DNA of 64,000 bases from an uncultured Candidatus Binatia bacterium (GCA_965218425.1 OZ244621.1:992001-1056000); one strand, 5' to 3'. Numbered from the stretch's first letter, positions 49,665-60,041 are shown. Notes: a model not told the origin generated them from the letters alone. Numbers and translations: made by a program.

Positions 49665-50315
49665 ATGGGGAGCTATCAATCCAATCCACTGGGAAACAGA
49701 AAATCAGCGGGCTCTTTGGTCGTGCTCATCGCGTTACTCGTTGCCGGATGCACGAGTCTCAAGCGGTGCGCTTACGAAGGGGTCAACCGGGATCAATGGC
49801 AAAAACCGGATGAAGTCATTCGCGCCCTCGGCATTGGAGCGGGAGACCACATCGCGGATGTCGGCTCGGGAGGGGGTTACTTCACTTTCCCACTGGCCCG
49901 GGCGACGGGGCCCACCGGAAAAGTCTATGCCGTGGACGTAGACAAGGGAATGATAGACTACGTGTCAAACCGGGCTCGGCAGGAAGGTCTTTCGAACATC
50001 GAGGTGATCCTGGCGAAACCTGATGATCCCCAACTACCCCAGTCCGGCATCGACCTCATTTTCAGCACCAACACCTACCACCATCTGGAAAACCGCCCGG
50101 CCTATTTCGCCAATGCAAGCAAGTATCTCCGCAAGGGCGGTCGCGTCGCCATCATCGAGTTCACCGATAAGCCGTGGTTCGCATTCCTTAGTAGCCACTA
50201 CACCTCCAGCGAGGCGATTAAAAAAGAGATGGGTGAAGCCGGATTCGTATTGCAAAGAGAGTTCGATTTCCTGCCAAAGCAAAGCTTTCTAGTTTTTGCA
50301 AAAAAAATACGATAA
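49665..50315 (+). CDS. Class I SAM-dependent methyltransferase with a lipoprotein-like signal
   Basis: ADVGSGGGYF, VYAVDVD, NTYHH and LRKGGR; LVAGC lipobox. Confidence 0.88.
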   Translation: MGSYQSNPLGNRKSAGSLVVLIALLVAGCTSLKRCAYEGVNRDQWQKPDEVIRALGIGAGDHIADVGSGGGYFTFPLARATGPTGKVYAVDVDKGMIDYVSNRARQEGLSNIEVILAKPDDPQLPQSGIDLIFSTNTYHHLENRPAYFANASKYLRKGGRVAIIEFTDKPWFAFLSSHYTSSEAIKKEMGEAGFVLQREFDFLPKQSFLVFAKKIR

Positions 50316-50319
50316 CGCC

Positions 50320-51519
50320 TCATTTGCGCGTATTCTCCGGTGAAATCAAAATTCCCCAGGTCAAAAGACCGAGAGCAATGGATCCAATGCCGCCAATGAT
50401 ATAAGGCCAACTGGGTCCCACATGATCGAGAAGCCAGCCCGTTCCTGTGTTCGAAGCAATACCCGCTATACCCATACCGGCCATGGAGAGAAGCGCCTGG
50501 GCGGTGGAGCGAAGCCGCTCAGGTGTCACAAGATCGAGATAGAGAGGAGCGCCCAACATTAGGCCCACAACCGTTACCCCATGAAGGGCTTGCACCGGAT
50601 AGAGCAGTGTAACGTCGTCAATGACTCCACAAAGAATCCAGCGAATTCCACCGGCAAGCACCCCAATGGCCAGCAGTCCCCTGGCCCCGAGTCGTTTGAA
50701 ACCACTGCCAGTGGACAAAACAAGCGGGACCTCCACCGCGAGCATCAAAATCCACATGCCGCGAATGGTATCGATGTCGCCACCGCGGGCCCGAATCAAA
50801 ACGGGAAACAGCCACATGGGGCCCTGCAGGAGGAAGTAGGCAAACATGGCGAATAGTAGAAAACGCACAAAGGCTCGGTTCCTGAAGAGTTCCCTCCAGT
50901 CACCGCGCGTGGCTCGGAGCGAGATGGCGCCTTCTCGAGGAAGCCATAAACTGATCAAGGCAGCCAGAAAAACCAGTGCCGCCGTTACAATGAACATGAT
51001 CCCCAGACCGGGTTCCGAAGCCCCGCCAGTTTCCGAGACCAATGCACGCCACTCCTGATACCGGTCCAGCACCCAGGGAAAGCTCGCCACCAGCAAAAAA
51101 AAACCGATGGTACCCCATACCCTGACAAACCCATAGGCATTGGGCCCGGCATCACGGAGCACGGCCAGGCTCACCGACATGGTAATAGGCAGGACGGCAG
51201 TGGTGAACACGGCCAGTACCGTTGCGGCCGCAAGTATGGCGAGAAATCCCTCTGCTGTACCAAGGACGAGGTACCCAACGACAGCTCCCAAACTCAGCAG
51301 TGTCAGGATTCGGGTCCGTGCGCCGGTCCTATCCGCCACCTGCCCCCAAAAAGGCTGAGCCACCAGACCCACCAGTGGCATCATGGCGAGCACCCACCCC
51401 AGCTGGATCCCCGAAAGACCGGCGTTTTCCCGCAAGTACAGGCCGTAGTAAGGGAAAAATATTCCCAGCGCTCCCATGTACATGAACCAGAATAGAGTTA
51501 GGGGAACGGATCGCCACAT
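50320..51519 (-). CDS. MFS transporter (MFS_1-like, HcaT/MalA type)
   Basis: PFWGQVADRTG, YGFVRVWGTIGF and LRSTAQAL motifs. Confidence 0.88.
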   Translation of the reverse strand: MWRSVPLTLFWFMYMGALGIFFPYYGLYLRENAGLSGIQLGWVLAMMPLVGLVAQPFWGQVADRTGARTRILTLLSLGAVVGYLVLGTAEGFLAILAAATVLAVFTTAVLPITMSVSLAVLRDAGPNAYGFVRVWGTIGFFLLVASFPWVLDRYQEWRALVSETGGASEPGLGIMFIVTAALVFLAALISLWLPREGAISLRATRGDWRELFRNRAFVRFLLFAMFAYFLLQGPMWLFPVLIRARGGDIDTIRGMWILMLAVEVPLVLSTGSGFKRLGARGLLAIGVLAGGIRWILCGVIDDVTLLYPVQALHGVTVVGLMLGAPLYLDLVTPERLRSTAQALLSMAGMGIAGIASNTGTGWLLDHVGPSWPYIIGGIGSIALGLLTWGILISPENTRK

Positions 51520-51537
51520 AGGAGGGTTTATGAAATC

Positions 51538-52830
51538 CTATGCCGCTTTCTTCCTGGGGGGGCGCATGAGCAGACAGAGAATGGCTGAGATGGTTAAAGC
51601 CCCAATCAAAAGCATGAAAGGGAGAAAGTAGTTTCCCGTAATATCAAAGAGAAAGCCGAAAAAGGGAGGTCCCACGGCGGAAATGCTTTGGACCATGAGT
51701 AATCCCATACCACGAATGGACCCAAGGGAAATACGACCGAAATAACGGGCCCACAGCAGGTCGGGCAGAACCATTCCACCTGAGATACCAATGCCGTACA
51801 TGAAAAATCCTGCATAGAGAGGGAACAGGCTTACTGAGGTAATGACAATAAACAGCCCGGTTGCTTGAATTAAGAATTTCAAAAACAATGCAAAACGAAC
51901 TTCTACTCGCTCCGCAATAAAGCCCCAAATCAAGGGAAAAGCGAGCTGGGTGAAAGCCAGAGTACTCAAGACCGAGGCGGCAACCATCTCTGAGCCGCTG
52001 GTATCACTAACGTAGGCAAAGAGATGAAGGTTTAAGCCGGCCGCCCCTATATTGGCAAAGACCAGGCAAGTCGTAATCAACCAAAAGGTCCTGGTGCGAA
52101 TCGCCTCACCCCGACTCCAAACCACTTCTTCCGCAAGGCTCTGATGATGACGGGACGTTGTTTGGCTCCTTTCCCCGGCGCAGGACAGGTCGCTCGCGGG
52201 ACTCGGTTCCCCATCCGGACGAAGGCCCATATCTTCTGGACGACGCCGCATCCAAACTGCGGCAGGACCAACCACCAACACCAGGGTGAGAATACCGAAT
52301 GCACCCCAAGCCATGCGCCATCCAAACCATGCAATCAGCGTAGCGGTGAGAACAGGCATACCAATCTTGGCAAAACCAACACCCATGCTGGAAAAGGCAA
52401 TGGCGCGACCACGCTTCTTGACAAACCAGCGTGAGATGGCCACGTTCACCACCAGGTAAGCCATAAAGGCATCTCCAATATGGAGTGCCCAGCGCACGCT
52501 CAGGAATTGCCAAAACGCGTCCACCTGGCTGAGCATAAAAAATCCCATGCTCACCGCCAGGGCGCCGAATGTCATGGGCCAACGACCGCCATGGCGGTCC
52601 ACGGTTGTCCCCACTAGCGGTGACAGGCTCGCACTAATAAGACTCTCTCCGGAACGCAGAAGGGAAAACACCCCTCGGGACACACCCAGATCCTGAGTAA
52701 GTGGCTTCATAAAAATACCCAGAGTGCTGGAGAGAGAAAACACAGCCGCCGTATTGGCAAGGAAACCAACGCCGACAATATACCAGCCGTAATAAATCCT
52801 CGGCTTTACTCGTTGAACATCCTCACTCAT
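51538..52830 (-). CDS. MFS transporter (OFA/MCT-like)
   Basis: YYGWYIV, DRHGGR, SRWFVKKRGRA, PEDMGLRPDG and YFGRISLGSIRG motifs. Confidence 0.9.
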   Translation of the reverse strand: MSEDVQRVKPRIYYGWYIVGVGFLANTAAVFSLSSTLGIFMKPLTQDLGVSRGVFSLLRSGESLISASLSPLVGTTVDRHGGRWPMTFGALAVSMGFFMLSQVDAFWQFLSVRWALHIGDAFMAYLVVNVAISRWFVKKRGRAIAFSSMGVGFAKIGMPVLTATLIAWFGWRMAWGAFGILTLVLVVGPAAVWMRRRPEDMGLRPDGEPSPASDLSCAGERSQTTSRHHQSLAEEVVWSRGEAIRTRTFWLITTCLVFANIGAAGLNLHLFAYVSDTSGSEMVAASVLSTLAFTQLAFPLIWGFIAERVEVRFALFLKFLIQATGLFIVITSVSLFPLYAGFFMYGIGISGGMVLPDLLWARYFGRISLGSIRGMGLLMVQSISAVGPPFFGFLFDITGNYFLPFMLLIGALTISAILCLLMRPPRKKAA

Positions 52831-53063
52831 TATTCCACATCCCGGGACTCCCTATCCTCTTTGATTTCCAGCGACGACAAGACTTCCCCCGCTCTGAATG
52901 TATTGGTCCTTTATGCGTCACGCCCCCAGCAAGGTCAAACCAATGGAACGAGTCCGGCAACAATCCGCAGGGCGAGTTACATCACTTGCCAGGCTAAAGA
53001 TTTTTTATCTTTTTGAAGAATCCGGCTTGAGGGAGAGATTCCCCAATGACCAAAGGGTCGAGG

Positions 53064-53490
53064 TCAGCGGCGTCGTTGCATGACCGAGGCCTCGTAACCG
53101 TGGGTGCTTAACCGCTCCGGCGGAAAGAGGCCCCAGGACTTCATCCATCCATGGGTTCGTTCAAATAGTTCCCGTGTGTAAGGCTTAAAACCAAGCGTTC
53201 GCCGGGACCGAAGGCCTGAATGTCCACCATTTTCCGCGGTTGGCTGAAGAGGCCATGTTGACCGCCCAATAACACGCCGAGCTCACGTGACAGTCCCCGC
53301 CATCTATGGACTCAAGAGCCCCTTGCTTTACCTCGGAGGGAAAAGATTCAGTGGACCGAACATTGCTAGACCAAGTCGCAATGGGCTTGACGATAAACTC
53401 CTAGTCCAATCCTTAATCCTTGAAATACCCTTTCTCCTCTGCCACCCATTCCTGAAGACGCCCGTGAGATCGAATTAGAAATTTACTCAT
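53064..53490 (-). pseudogene. ABC substrate-binding protein (NMT1/SsuA-like) remnant with stops and an internal deletion
   Basis: MSKFLIRSHGRLQEWVAEEKGYFKD*GLD*EF...SSACYWAVNMASS...FGPGERL.FKPYTRELFERTHGWM. Confidence 0.72.
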
Positions 53491-53614
53491 TCAACTTTCT
53501 CCGCATTGTCAATCTCAATCACGACCATCATAGCTTCAATCCAAAATAATAGACAACTCCAACCGGAGACGTGGGAGTGGCCGCCCAGTCGTGCGAATGA
53601 GGGAGAAAAATCAC

Positions 53615-54094
53615 TCAAAACTTCTTGCTCAGGTACGGGATAAACAGGTAGATAAGCCAGACAACCCCGAAGAAAAGCATATGGTTCCAAAACGGTAACC
53701 CATAGGATGTGTTGAGCCCTGGAAGATTAGCGGGAAACCCTTTCCCGCTCAGCACACTAATGGTCGCCGTAACGGCAGGCACCGTAATGAGAGTTGTGCC
53801 CCAACCGAGCGCTGCTCCCATCACCAACCCTAGAACAAGTTGAAATCGCTCGGCTAGCACGAACAGGGGGAGCATGATAACGGCAAATAGAAAGGAATAC
53901 GCAAGACTCACTACTAAATGAATTCCCCAACCGATGGGAATAGACCATGACTGAGCGTAGCCCCCCTGGGTTACAATCTGCTGTCCCATGAATGCTGTAA
54001 TCGTCAAAGGACCGACAGCGGACTGAAGTAACCAAAACACGATGGCGCCGGCAATGCCTGCCACTAACCAGAGTCCTATGCTAACACCCCTCAC
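53615..54094 (-). CDS. Hypothetical membrane protein (~4 TM)
   Basis: 159 aa hydrophobic ORF with His residues in TM segments (GWGIHLVVS, FWNHMLFF). Confidence 0.7.
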   Translation of the reverse strand: MRGVSIGLWLVAGIAGAIVFWLLQSAVGPLTITAFMGQQIVTQGGYAQSWSIPIGWGIHLVVSLAYSFLFAVIMLPLFVLAERFQLVLGLVMGAALGWGTTLITVPAVTATISVLSGKGFPANLPGLNTSYGLPFWNHMLFFGVVWLIYLFIPYLSKKF

Positions 54095-54221
54095 AGGTTG
54101 TCTCCCGCTGCATAATGTTATTGGACAGATACGCAGCCGTCAAGCGGTTGACGACTCTCCTTCAGCCGGGAAAATAAAGTCTGCAAATTCTCCATCCCCG
54201 TTACCTTAGGCTTCGGGCACT

Positions 54222-54550
54222 TTCTTCGCTCCACGGGACTCCCCGAGCGACCCACCGGGCCTGCGCTCGCACGAACCTTCCGGATCTCAGATTAGCCGTG
54301 GGGGGACTCCGGCTTTCATGCGGCGCCGACCTCGGTGGGTTGCCCGCTGCTCCGTCCATGTTCCGCTCAGCAAGCCCCCTCGGTCCACGTCCGATACAAA
54401 AGTAGCTGGCGTGCCTGAGCGGAAGTTTGGTCGTGAGGGATTGAAAGCCTCTGCGAAGCTGAGGATAAGCAGCATCGACTGTTTGAGCGCAGCGAGTTTC
54501 GAGGCTTCCCGACGAGTGACCACTGAAGCGAAGAGAGGCCAGCTACTGTA
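54222..54550. repeat. Partial mosaic repeat, copy 4
   Basis: 54330-54500 is homologous to 39518-39688 (e.g. GCATCGACTGTT.GAGCGCAGCGAGTTTCGA). It ends in the TIR-like CTGAAGCGAAGAGAGGCCAGCT. 54224-54275 matches 12082-12128. Confidence 0.78.
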
Positions 54551-54607
54551 AAAGCACGATCAATGCCTTGCCAGGATTGAGGTTCTTAGCTCAAAGAACC
54601 ATTCTTT

Positions 54608-55483
54608 TCAAATAAGAGCCGTAGTTGACGAGGATGTGGAGAGGTAATCACTCAGGGCAGAACGCCAATGTCTCATGGGTGCGAGTCCTATCTCATCAGA
54701 CAACACACAGCGCATTGGTGTATAGCGTGGTCGAGGGGCCGGCCGCTTTGTTTCTGCCTCATCAATCAATTCAACCAGCTGCTCGAGCCGTGCATCCGTT
54801 AAACCCAGCAAACGCCCTGCCTCCAGGGCAAACTCGGAATAGGAACAGATCCCCTCGTTTACCAGGTGATAGGTGCCGTACCGCTTTTTTTCCAGTATCC
54901 CGTCGATTCGTGCCACCAGATCCGCCACATAGGTGGTATTCGCCCAGTTATCCGCCACTGCACGGACCGGTCGCCCGGCCAAGAGCTCGCCATTCACGGT
55001 GCTGAGAAAAGCCTTCTTGCCCCTCCCGTAAACCCATGAGGTGCGGATGACAAAGGTTCGAGGAGAGGCCTCCCGAACGGCGGACTCGCCCGCAAGTTTG
55101 ACCTTTCCATAGACGTTGATGGGGCACGGTTCATCTCGGACCGTGTAGGGTGATCGCCCTTCCACATGGCCATCAAATACGTAATTGGTGCTGAAATGAA
55201 TGAACTCAGCGCCGATGTGCGCCGCCGCCTGGGCCAAGCTACAAGGCCCATCAACATGGATAGCCTGGGCCAGCGCCGGATTGCGCTCACAATCGTCCAC
55301 TTCAATGGTGGCGCAATTAATGATTAACCCCGGCCGAGTATCCAGCAGGTTGGAGGTAACGGCTTGGGCATCAGTAATGTCGAGGTCAGAGTGCTTGAGG
55401 GGCAGTACTTCGTGTTTGCGGTTAAACCATTGAGCGAGGTGAGAGCCAATGAGTCCACCAGCACCTGTAATCGCAATTTTCAT
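54608..55483 (-). CDS. rfbD: dTDP-4-dehydrorhamnose reductase (RmlD-like SDR)
   Basis: ITGAGGLIG, LDITD, STNYVFDG, PINVYGKVK and RPAPRP motifs. Confidence 0.85.
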   Translation of the reverse strand: MKIAITGAGGLIGSHLAQWFNRKHEVLPLKHSDLDITDAQAVTSNLLDTRPGLIINCATIEVDDCERNPALAQAIHVDGPCSLAQAAAHIGAEFIHFSTNYVFDGHVEGRSPYTVRDEPCPINVYGKVKLAGESAVREASPRTFVIRTSWVYGRGKKAFLSTVNGELLAGRPVRAVADNWANTTYVADLVARIDGILEKKRYGTYHLVNEGICSYSEFALEAGRLLGLTDARLEQLVELIDEAETKRPAPRPRYTPMRCVLSDEIGLAPMRHWRSALSDYLSTSSSTTALI

Positions 55484-55522
55484 GGCGTGCTCCCACCGCG
55501 AAATAGGTTCTTACCGAAAACT

Positions 55523-55703
55523 CTTAACCGCAGATTTTCGCCGATTATCGCAAGTGTTGAGTGTTAAGTTCTCAGTGTTAAGACAAGAGAAAAATTCAGC
55601 ATCTATCGTTTCCCTCTGAGGCTTTACACTTAGCACTCAACACTTAACACATTTCCGGACACTCAGTCCTCAGTGCTCGTTACCCAGTACTGAGTCCGCT
55701 TTG
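55523..55703. repeat. Heptamer/nonamer repeat element; direct partner of 57249-57321
   Basis: CTTAACCGCAGATTTTC is identical at 55523 and 57249; CACTCAGTCCTC...CAGTACTGAGTCC is shared. Confidence 0.65.
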
Positions 55704-55754
55704 TGTCTTCGCGGGACTCGTTCCCTCTGAGCCGATCATGGATCACCCTCATTT

Positions 55755-56399
55755 TCATTCCGCGTCCGGCTGATTCTCTGGTGCGGCCTTGGCAAAAGCC
55801 GGCAACTGAACACAGTTGGCCTCAATCTGAACCAAGCCAGGGCATTCAGAAAGATCACAACTGAAGCGCCGGGCGTTGGCAAGCTGCGGGACGAGGCAGA
55901 CATCCGCCAGGGAGACCCTATCCCCAAAGCAGAACTTTCCACGCTTCGGTACGGAAACCACTTGCTCCTCAAGGGCCAGCAAACCAAGATGTATCCAGTG
56001 CCGTGCCCAGCGGTTTACTTCCTCTTCACCCTGATTGAACTCACTCCGTAAATGTCTCAGCACTCTAAGATTCTGCAGAGGATGGATCTCGCAAGCGATG
56101 GCGAGGGTCATGGCGCGCACGATGGCCCTGTTTGCAGGATCGGCAGGTAGCAATGACGGATTGGGAAATCGTTCTTCAAGATATTCGATGATGGCCAGGG
56201 ACTGGGTCAGATAATGACCGCCTTCTTCCAGAGTTGGAACAAGCCCATGGGGATTGACTGCCTTGTATTCAGGAGTCAATTGCTCCCCACCCCCACGGCG
56301 CAGGTGGATCGGCACCTGTTCGTAATCCAATCCCTTGTGGTTGAGGGCAATGCGCACGCGATAGGAGGCGGAACTACGAAAAAAAGTATAAAGCTTCAT
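55755..56399 (-). CDS. maiA: Maleylacetoacetate/maleylpyruvate isomerase (zeta-class GST)
   Basis: FFRSSASYRVRIAL, LTQSLAIIEYL, IACEIHPLQNLRV and ADVCLVPQ motifs. Confidence 0.95.
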   Translation of the reverse strand: MKLYTFFRSSASYRVRIALNHKGLDYEQVPIHLRRGGGEQLTPEYKAVNPHGLVPTLEEGGHYLTQSLAIIEYLEERFPNPSLLPADPANRAIVRAMTLAIACEIHPLQNLRVLRHLRSEFNQGEEEVNRWARHWIHLGLLALEEQVVSVPKRGKFCFGDRVSLADVCLVPQLANARRFSCDLSECPGLVQIEANCVQLPAFAKAAPENQPDAE

Positions 56400-56409
56400 A
56401 TTCGAACCT

Positions 56410-57198
56410 CTAGGTCACCTGACTTACGTTTCCTGGTTTTCCCGTGGAACCTGGTATCGGCACTCGCTTCACTTCGACACTTCCATTACCCCGGAATTGA
56501 ACCAGGTTGACCGAGCGGGCATATTCCGGGGAACCTGAATAGTAAGCGTTAACCTGCGAATCCCCAACTCGCGTCGCTCGATTCCAATGCCCGAGGGCTA
56601 CATAGTCAGCGCCAGTGGCCTTGAGATCCTCATTGCGGATGAGCCATGAACCGAGAAAGCGTCCCGGCTCATGCGGTTCTTCCACGTAGTGCCCGTGGGC
56701 GGCTACCAACTGCCAGGGTGTCGACCGGGAACGCGGCCCGCTGAGAGGCGGCATATCTTTGTAGTCCAGGTGTGCTCTGCCCCAGACCTCCAGCCCTAGC
56801 TCAGGAAATACTGCACTATCTTCAGTGGTGAGACCGAGCACACATAAGTTGGGAGTTGCCGGCATCTCGGCACGCCGATAGACCGAGTCAGGTGATAGGG
56901 GATCATGGTTACCTGGTAATATGACGATTGGGGCGCCAAACTCGCCCATCATTTTGGTGGTGTCATCAATGAGCCGAGGGGATTGCCTGTTGTGATCGAA
57001 CGTGTCCCCGGCCAAAATTACAAGGGCCGCTCCTTCCGACTTGGCAACGGTCAAGACTTCACGAAGCTTCGCCAAGGAGTTGAATGGCTCCAAAGAATCC
57101 CCAATGGAGTCGGAACCCAGATGCAAGTCGGAGCTGTGAACAATGGTTACATTGGACCTTGCAGGATACTTAACTGATGAATAGTCGTTGTCAGGCAT
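56410..57198 (-). CDS. Calcineurin-like metallophosphoesterase (SbcD/Mre11-like N-domain only)
   Basis: SDLHLG, AGDTFD, PGNHD, AHGH, YVALGHW and YSGSPE motifs. Confidence 0.85.
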   Translation of the reverse strand: MPDNDYSSVKYPARSNVTIVHSSDLHLGSDSIGDSLEPFNSLAKLREVLTVAKSEGAALVILAGDTFDHNRQSPRLIDDTTKMMGEFGAPIVILPGNHDPLSPDSVYRRAEMPATPNLCVLGLTTEDSAVFPELGLEVWGRAHLDYKDMPPLSGPRSRSTPWQLVAAHGHYVEEPHEPGRFLGSWLIRNEDLKATGADYVALGHWNRATRVGDSQVNAYYSGSPEYARSVNLVQFRGNGSVEVKRVPIPGSTGKPGNVSQVT

Positions 57199-57248
57199 CG
57201 GAATACATTTTCGATCTTAGATTGCTGATTTTAGATTCCTACTGAAAA

Positions 57249-57321
57249 CTTAACCGCAGATTTTCACAGATTCCCCTCTCTCCCCACTCAGTCCTCGTTA
57301 CTCAGTACTGAGTCCACTTTG
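57249..57321. repeat. Heptamer/nonamer repeat element; partner of 55523-55703
   Basis: Shares CTTAACCGCAGATTTTC and CACTCAGTCCTC...CAGTACTGAGTCC with 55523-55703. CACTCAGTCCTC also occurs at 44671. Confidence 0.6.
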
Positions 57322-57358
57322 CGCCATTGCGCGAGTCATCTTTTTCCCAATCCAAAAT

Positions 57359-57913
57359 CTACTTATTCAAATGCGTATTCTGCCCGGGTACAGGGTTGGC
57401 AATGGCTTCCTCCAGAGAACCGATTCCATGCCATTGATTGGAAGGCCGTACCCGATCATCGCTTCCCACCTGGTCCAGACCCCAATAGATCTCCAGACGG
57501 TGGTTGTCGGGGTCGCGAAATTCCACCGCGATCTGACATCCCGCCCGGCGTCGACCTTCGAAATCGATGGTGACGTTACTGGCGTGCAGGCGGTCACGGG
57601 CTCGCAGGACTTCCTCCAAAGTTGAGACCTCGAAGGCCACATGGTGCAACTCTATATTTTCTGCCTGGTCTTTTCCTGCTCCCACCAGGGCAAGGCTGTG
57701 GTGATCCGTATTACAACGGAGAAATATCATGCCTCCAGGCATCATTTCTTGAGGATAGACGTCAGAGACCTTGAAGCCAAGGATTTGAGTATAGAAGTCT
57801 AAAGACCTCTCAAGGTTGCTCACCTGTAAGACTACGTGCCCTAGTCTACTGATCCTAAAAGGCATTCCCTTTGGCGGGTGGTACTGTTTTAACTTTTCGA
57901 CATTTATCGCCAT
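57359..57913 (-). CDS. VOC family protein (single-domain extradiol dioxygenase-like)
   Basis: LGHVVL, FLRCNTDHHSLAL, LHHVAFEV and FRDPDNHRLEIY motifs. Confidence 0.85.
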   Translation of the reverse strand: MAINVEKLKQYHPPKGMPFRISRLGHVVLQVSNLERSLDFYTQILGFKVSDVYPQEMMPGGMIFLRCNTDHHSLALVGAGKDQAENIELHHVAFEVSTLEEVLRARDRLHASNVTIDFEGRRRAGCQIAVEFRDPDNHRLEIYWGLDQVGSDDRVRPSNQWHGIGSLEEAIANPVPGQNTHLNK

Positions 57914-57973
57914 GGGTTTCTCCTTTGTCTTAAGGCGTATCAAGAAAGAAGAACTGTAAATACTTGACTGGCT

Positions 57974-60016
57974 TCAAAACAGGCCGAAGAACCATTGGGT
58001 AAGTGCGGGCTCGGGCCAGAGAACAGCCATGAAATAGCTCATGAACCCATAGGTCCACACTGCGATGATGCTCCCGGTTATGGCAGCGGTGAACCAACGC
58101 CCCGGCCCCGTCAAGAATAACACCGGCACCAACACAGCGAATGCAATTGCAGCATTGTCTAACCGGACGGTCACCGTCAAAAAGAGAAATAAAGCGCTCA
58201 GCTCCGCTAGCATTAGCCCGGAGCGGGTCGCCCCTTCCACGCCACTACTGCGCATGCCGAGGTCCATGATTTGACCAGGGGGGGCTTTCATGATGAACCA
58301 TTGCCTGAATAGCTCAACAGCCGAGAGTGCCATGAATCCTAAAGTAAACGACAAAGCCATGATGCGCGCTTTGAACGGATACCCTAGAGTCACCCAGACA
58401 CTGACGGCGCCGCCCATTATTAACAGGATCGGGATCAGGTTCTCTGCTCGCCAGGTCAGACCCTGCCATGCCTTCCGAACAGCGTCCCCTTCTGCTGACT
58501 CACCCTGCATCTTGACCTCCTCCTCTGCAACGGCGCTCTTCTCCGCGCGAACCATGAAATGAGTGAACAAGAACGCGGTTGCGATCACCAATATAAGCAG
58601 GATCACCGTCAGGGGACGGGTCAATACACCTACAACACCGTACAGTGAGAGGGCCGTCTGCATGTTCACGTCAATGATGCGCCCCAGAATAAACCCCAGG
58701 ATAAGGGGTGGCCTGGGCCACCCGAACCGTTTCATCAGCAGACCAACAATGGAGAAAATCACCAGGATGGGAACGGCAAACCAGCTGCGCATGTCCAGGA
58801 ACGCTGCCAGAATTACCAGGGGAATGATGACGGCAGAAATAGCAGGATAGGGAAGGGCCGTGAGCCTGATCAGTGGCGCGGAAGCAACCAAACCGATCAT
58901 GGTGACCAGTAGGTTGCCAATCGCAAGGGTAAGCACGATGATCATGGTGAGGTGCGCGTGCTGGCCCAGCATGGGAGGGCCAGGGCTCACGCCGTACATC
59001 AACATGGCGGCAAGGATCATCACCCAGCCGGTCCCGCCAGGAATTCCCAGTGCGAGGGTCGGTAGCGCCTGCCCGCCTTCTTTCGAATTCTGGGCCGACT
59101 CCGCGAACAACACGCCGTCCAAGGAGCCTTTGCCAAACTCCCTGCGGTCCTTGCGCCACAGGATGCCAAACGCGTAGCTGAGCCAGTCGATGACACCGCT
59201 TCCGACTCCCGGGATGGCCCCCAGGAAAACGCCGAATATCGATTGCCGGACGGTCTCTTTCCAGTGCCTCAGACCATATATGGCACCCTTCAGCATTTCG
59301 GACTGAGAGAGCTTCGCTCCTCCTGGGGCCACGGGACTGCGTGTCATGGTGAGATCGAACAATTCGGGGATGGCGAAAATGCCGGTGACCACTGCAACCA
59401 GTGGAAGCCCCTCCCAAAGCTCGATCTGCCCGAAGGTGAACCGACGGGTGCCGGTGAACGGATCCACACCTGTGGTGGAAATTAAGAGTCCCAGGAAAGC
59501 AGCCGCAATTCCTTTGATCATGGCGCCCCGGCTCAGGACGGCGACCATGGCCACGCCGAACATGGCAATGACGGCAATCTCGCTCCGATCGATACTCAAG
59601 ATAAAGGGCTTAATAATGGGGATTGCTATGGCCAAGGCCAGTGCACCAACCACCCCACCTATGGCGGAGACGCTGTAAACCGCCCCCAGGCAATAGGCAG
59701 CCTGGCCGCGCCTGGCAAGCTGGTGACCCTCGAGGAAGGTGACCTGGGTGGCACCGCTCGGCACCCCAACCACCACAGCGGGAATGGAGTCCAAGGTGTT
59801 GTTGGTGCCAGCAATGGCCGAAAGCATGACAAGGGCCACTGCCGGGTCTTGTATATTAAAAACGATGAAGGGCAGAAGGATGGCCATGACCAGGAGTGAT
59901 CCCACTCCCGGCACAAGGCCAACAACGATGGAAAGGAACACGCCTGCCACCAGGGCCTGCCAGTAGGAAAGCGTTCCAAGGTATGAGCCAGCTTGCAGAA
60001 TGGCGTCCATTGGCAC
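57974..60016 (-). CDS. tctA: Tripartite tricarboxylate transporter TctA with a C-terminal TctB-like extension
   Basis: GLVPG, AESAQNSKEGG..LPTLALGIPG and PRPPLILGFILG; about 170 extra hydrophobic residues at the C-terminus. Confidence 0.88.
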   Translation of the reverse strand: MPMDAILQAGSYLGTLSYWQALVAGVFLSIVVGLVPGVGSLLVMAILLPFIVFNIQDPAVALVMLSAIAGTNNTLDSIPAVVVGVPSGATQVTFLEGHQLARRGQAAYCLGAVYSVSAIGGVVGALALAIAIPIIKPFILSIDRSEIAVIAMFGVAMVAVLSRGAMIKGIAAAFLGLLISTTGVDPFTGTRRFTFGQIELWEGLPLVAVVTGIFAIPELFDLTMTRSPVAPGGAKLSQSEMLKGAIYGLRHWKETVRQSIFGVFLGAIPGVGSGVIDWLSYAFGILWRKDRREFGKGSLDGVLFAESAQNSKEGGQALPTLALGIPGGTGWVMILAAMLMYGVSPGPPMLGQHAHLTMIIVLTLAIGNLLVTMIGLVASAPLIRLTALPYPAISAVIIPLVILAAFLDMRSWFAVPILVIFSIVGLLMKRFGWPRPPLILGFILGRIIDVNMQTALSLYGVVGVLTRPLTVILLILVIATAFLFTHFMVRAEKSAVAEEEVKMQGESAEGDAVRKAWQGLTWRAENLIPILLIMGGAVSVWVTLGYPFKARIMALSFTLGFMALSAVELFRQWFIMKAPPGQIMDLGMRSSGVEGATRSGLMLAELSALFLFLTVTVRLDNAAIAFAVLVPVLFLTGPGRWFTAAITGSIIAVWTYGFMSYFMAVLWPEPALTQWFFGLF

Positions 60017-60041
60017 CAGCCCGATTCAGGCGTGTAATTGT

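Noticed and set aside
53405..53425. In-frame stops (TAA, TAG) near the start of the binding-protein remnant as possible recoding
   Set aside because: Both stop types occur together with an internal deletion, which indicates ordinary decay.
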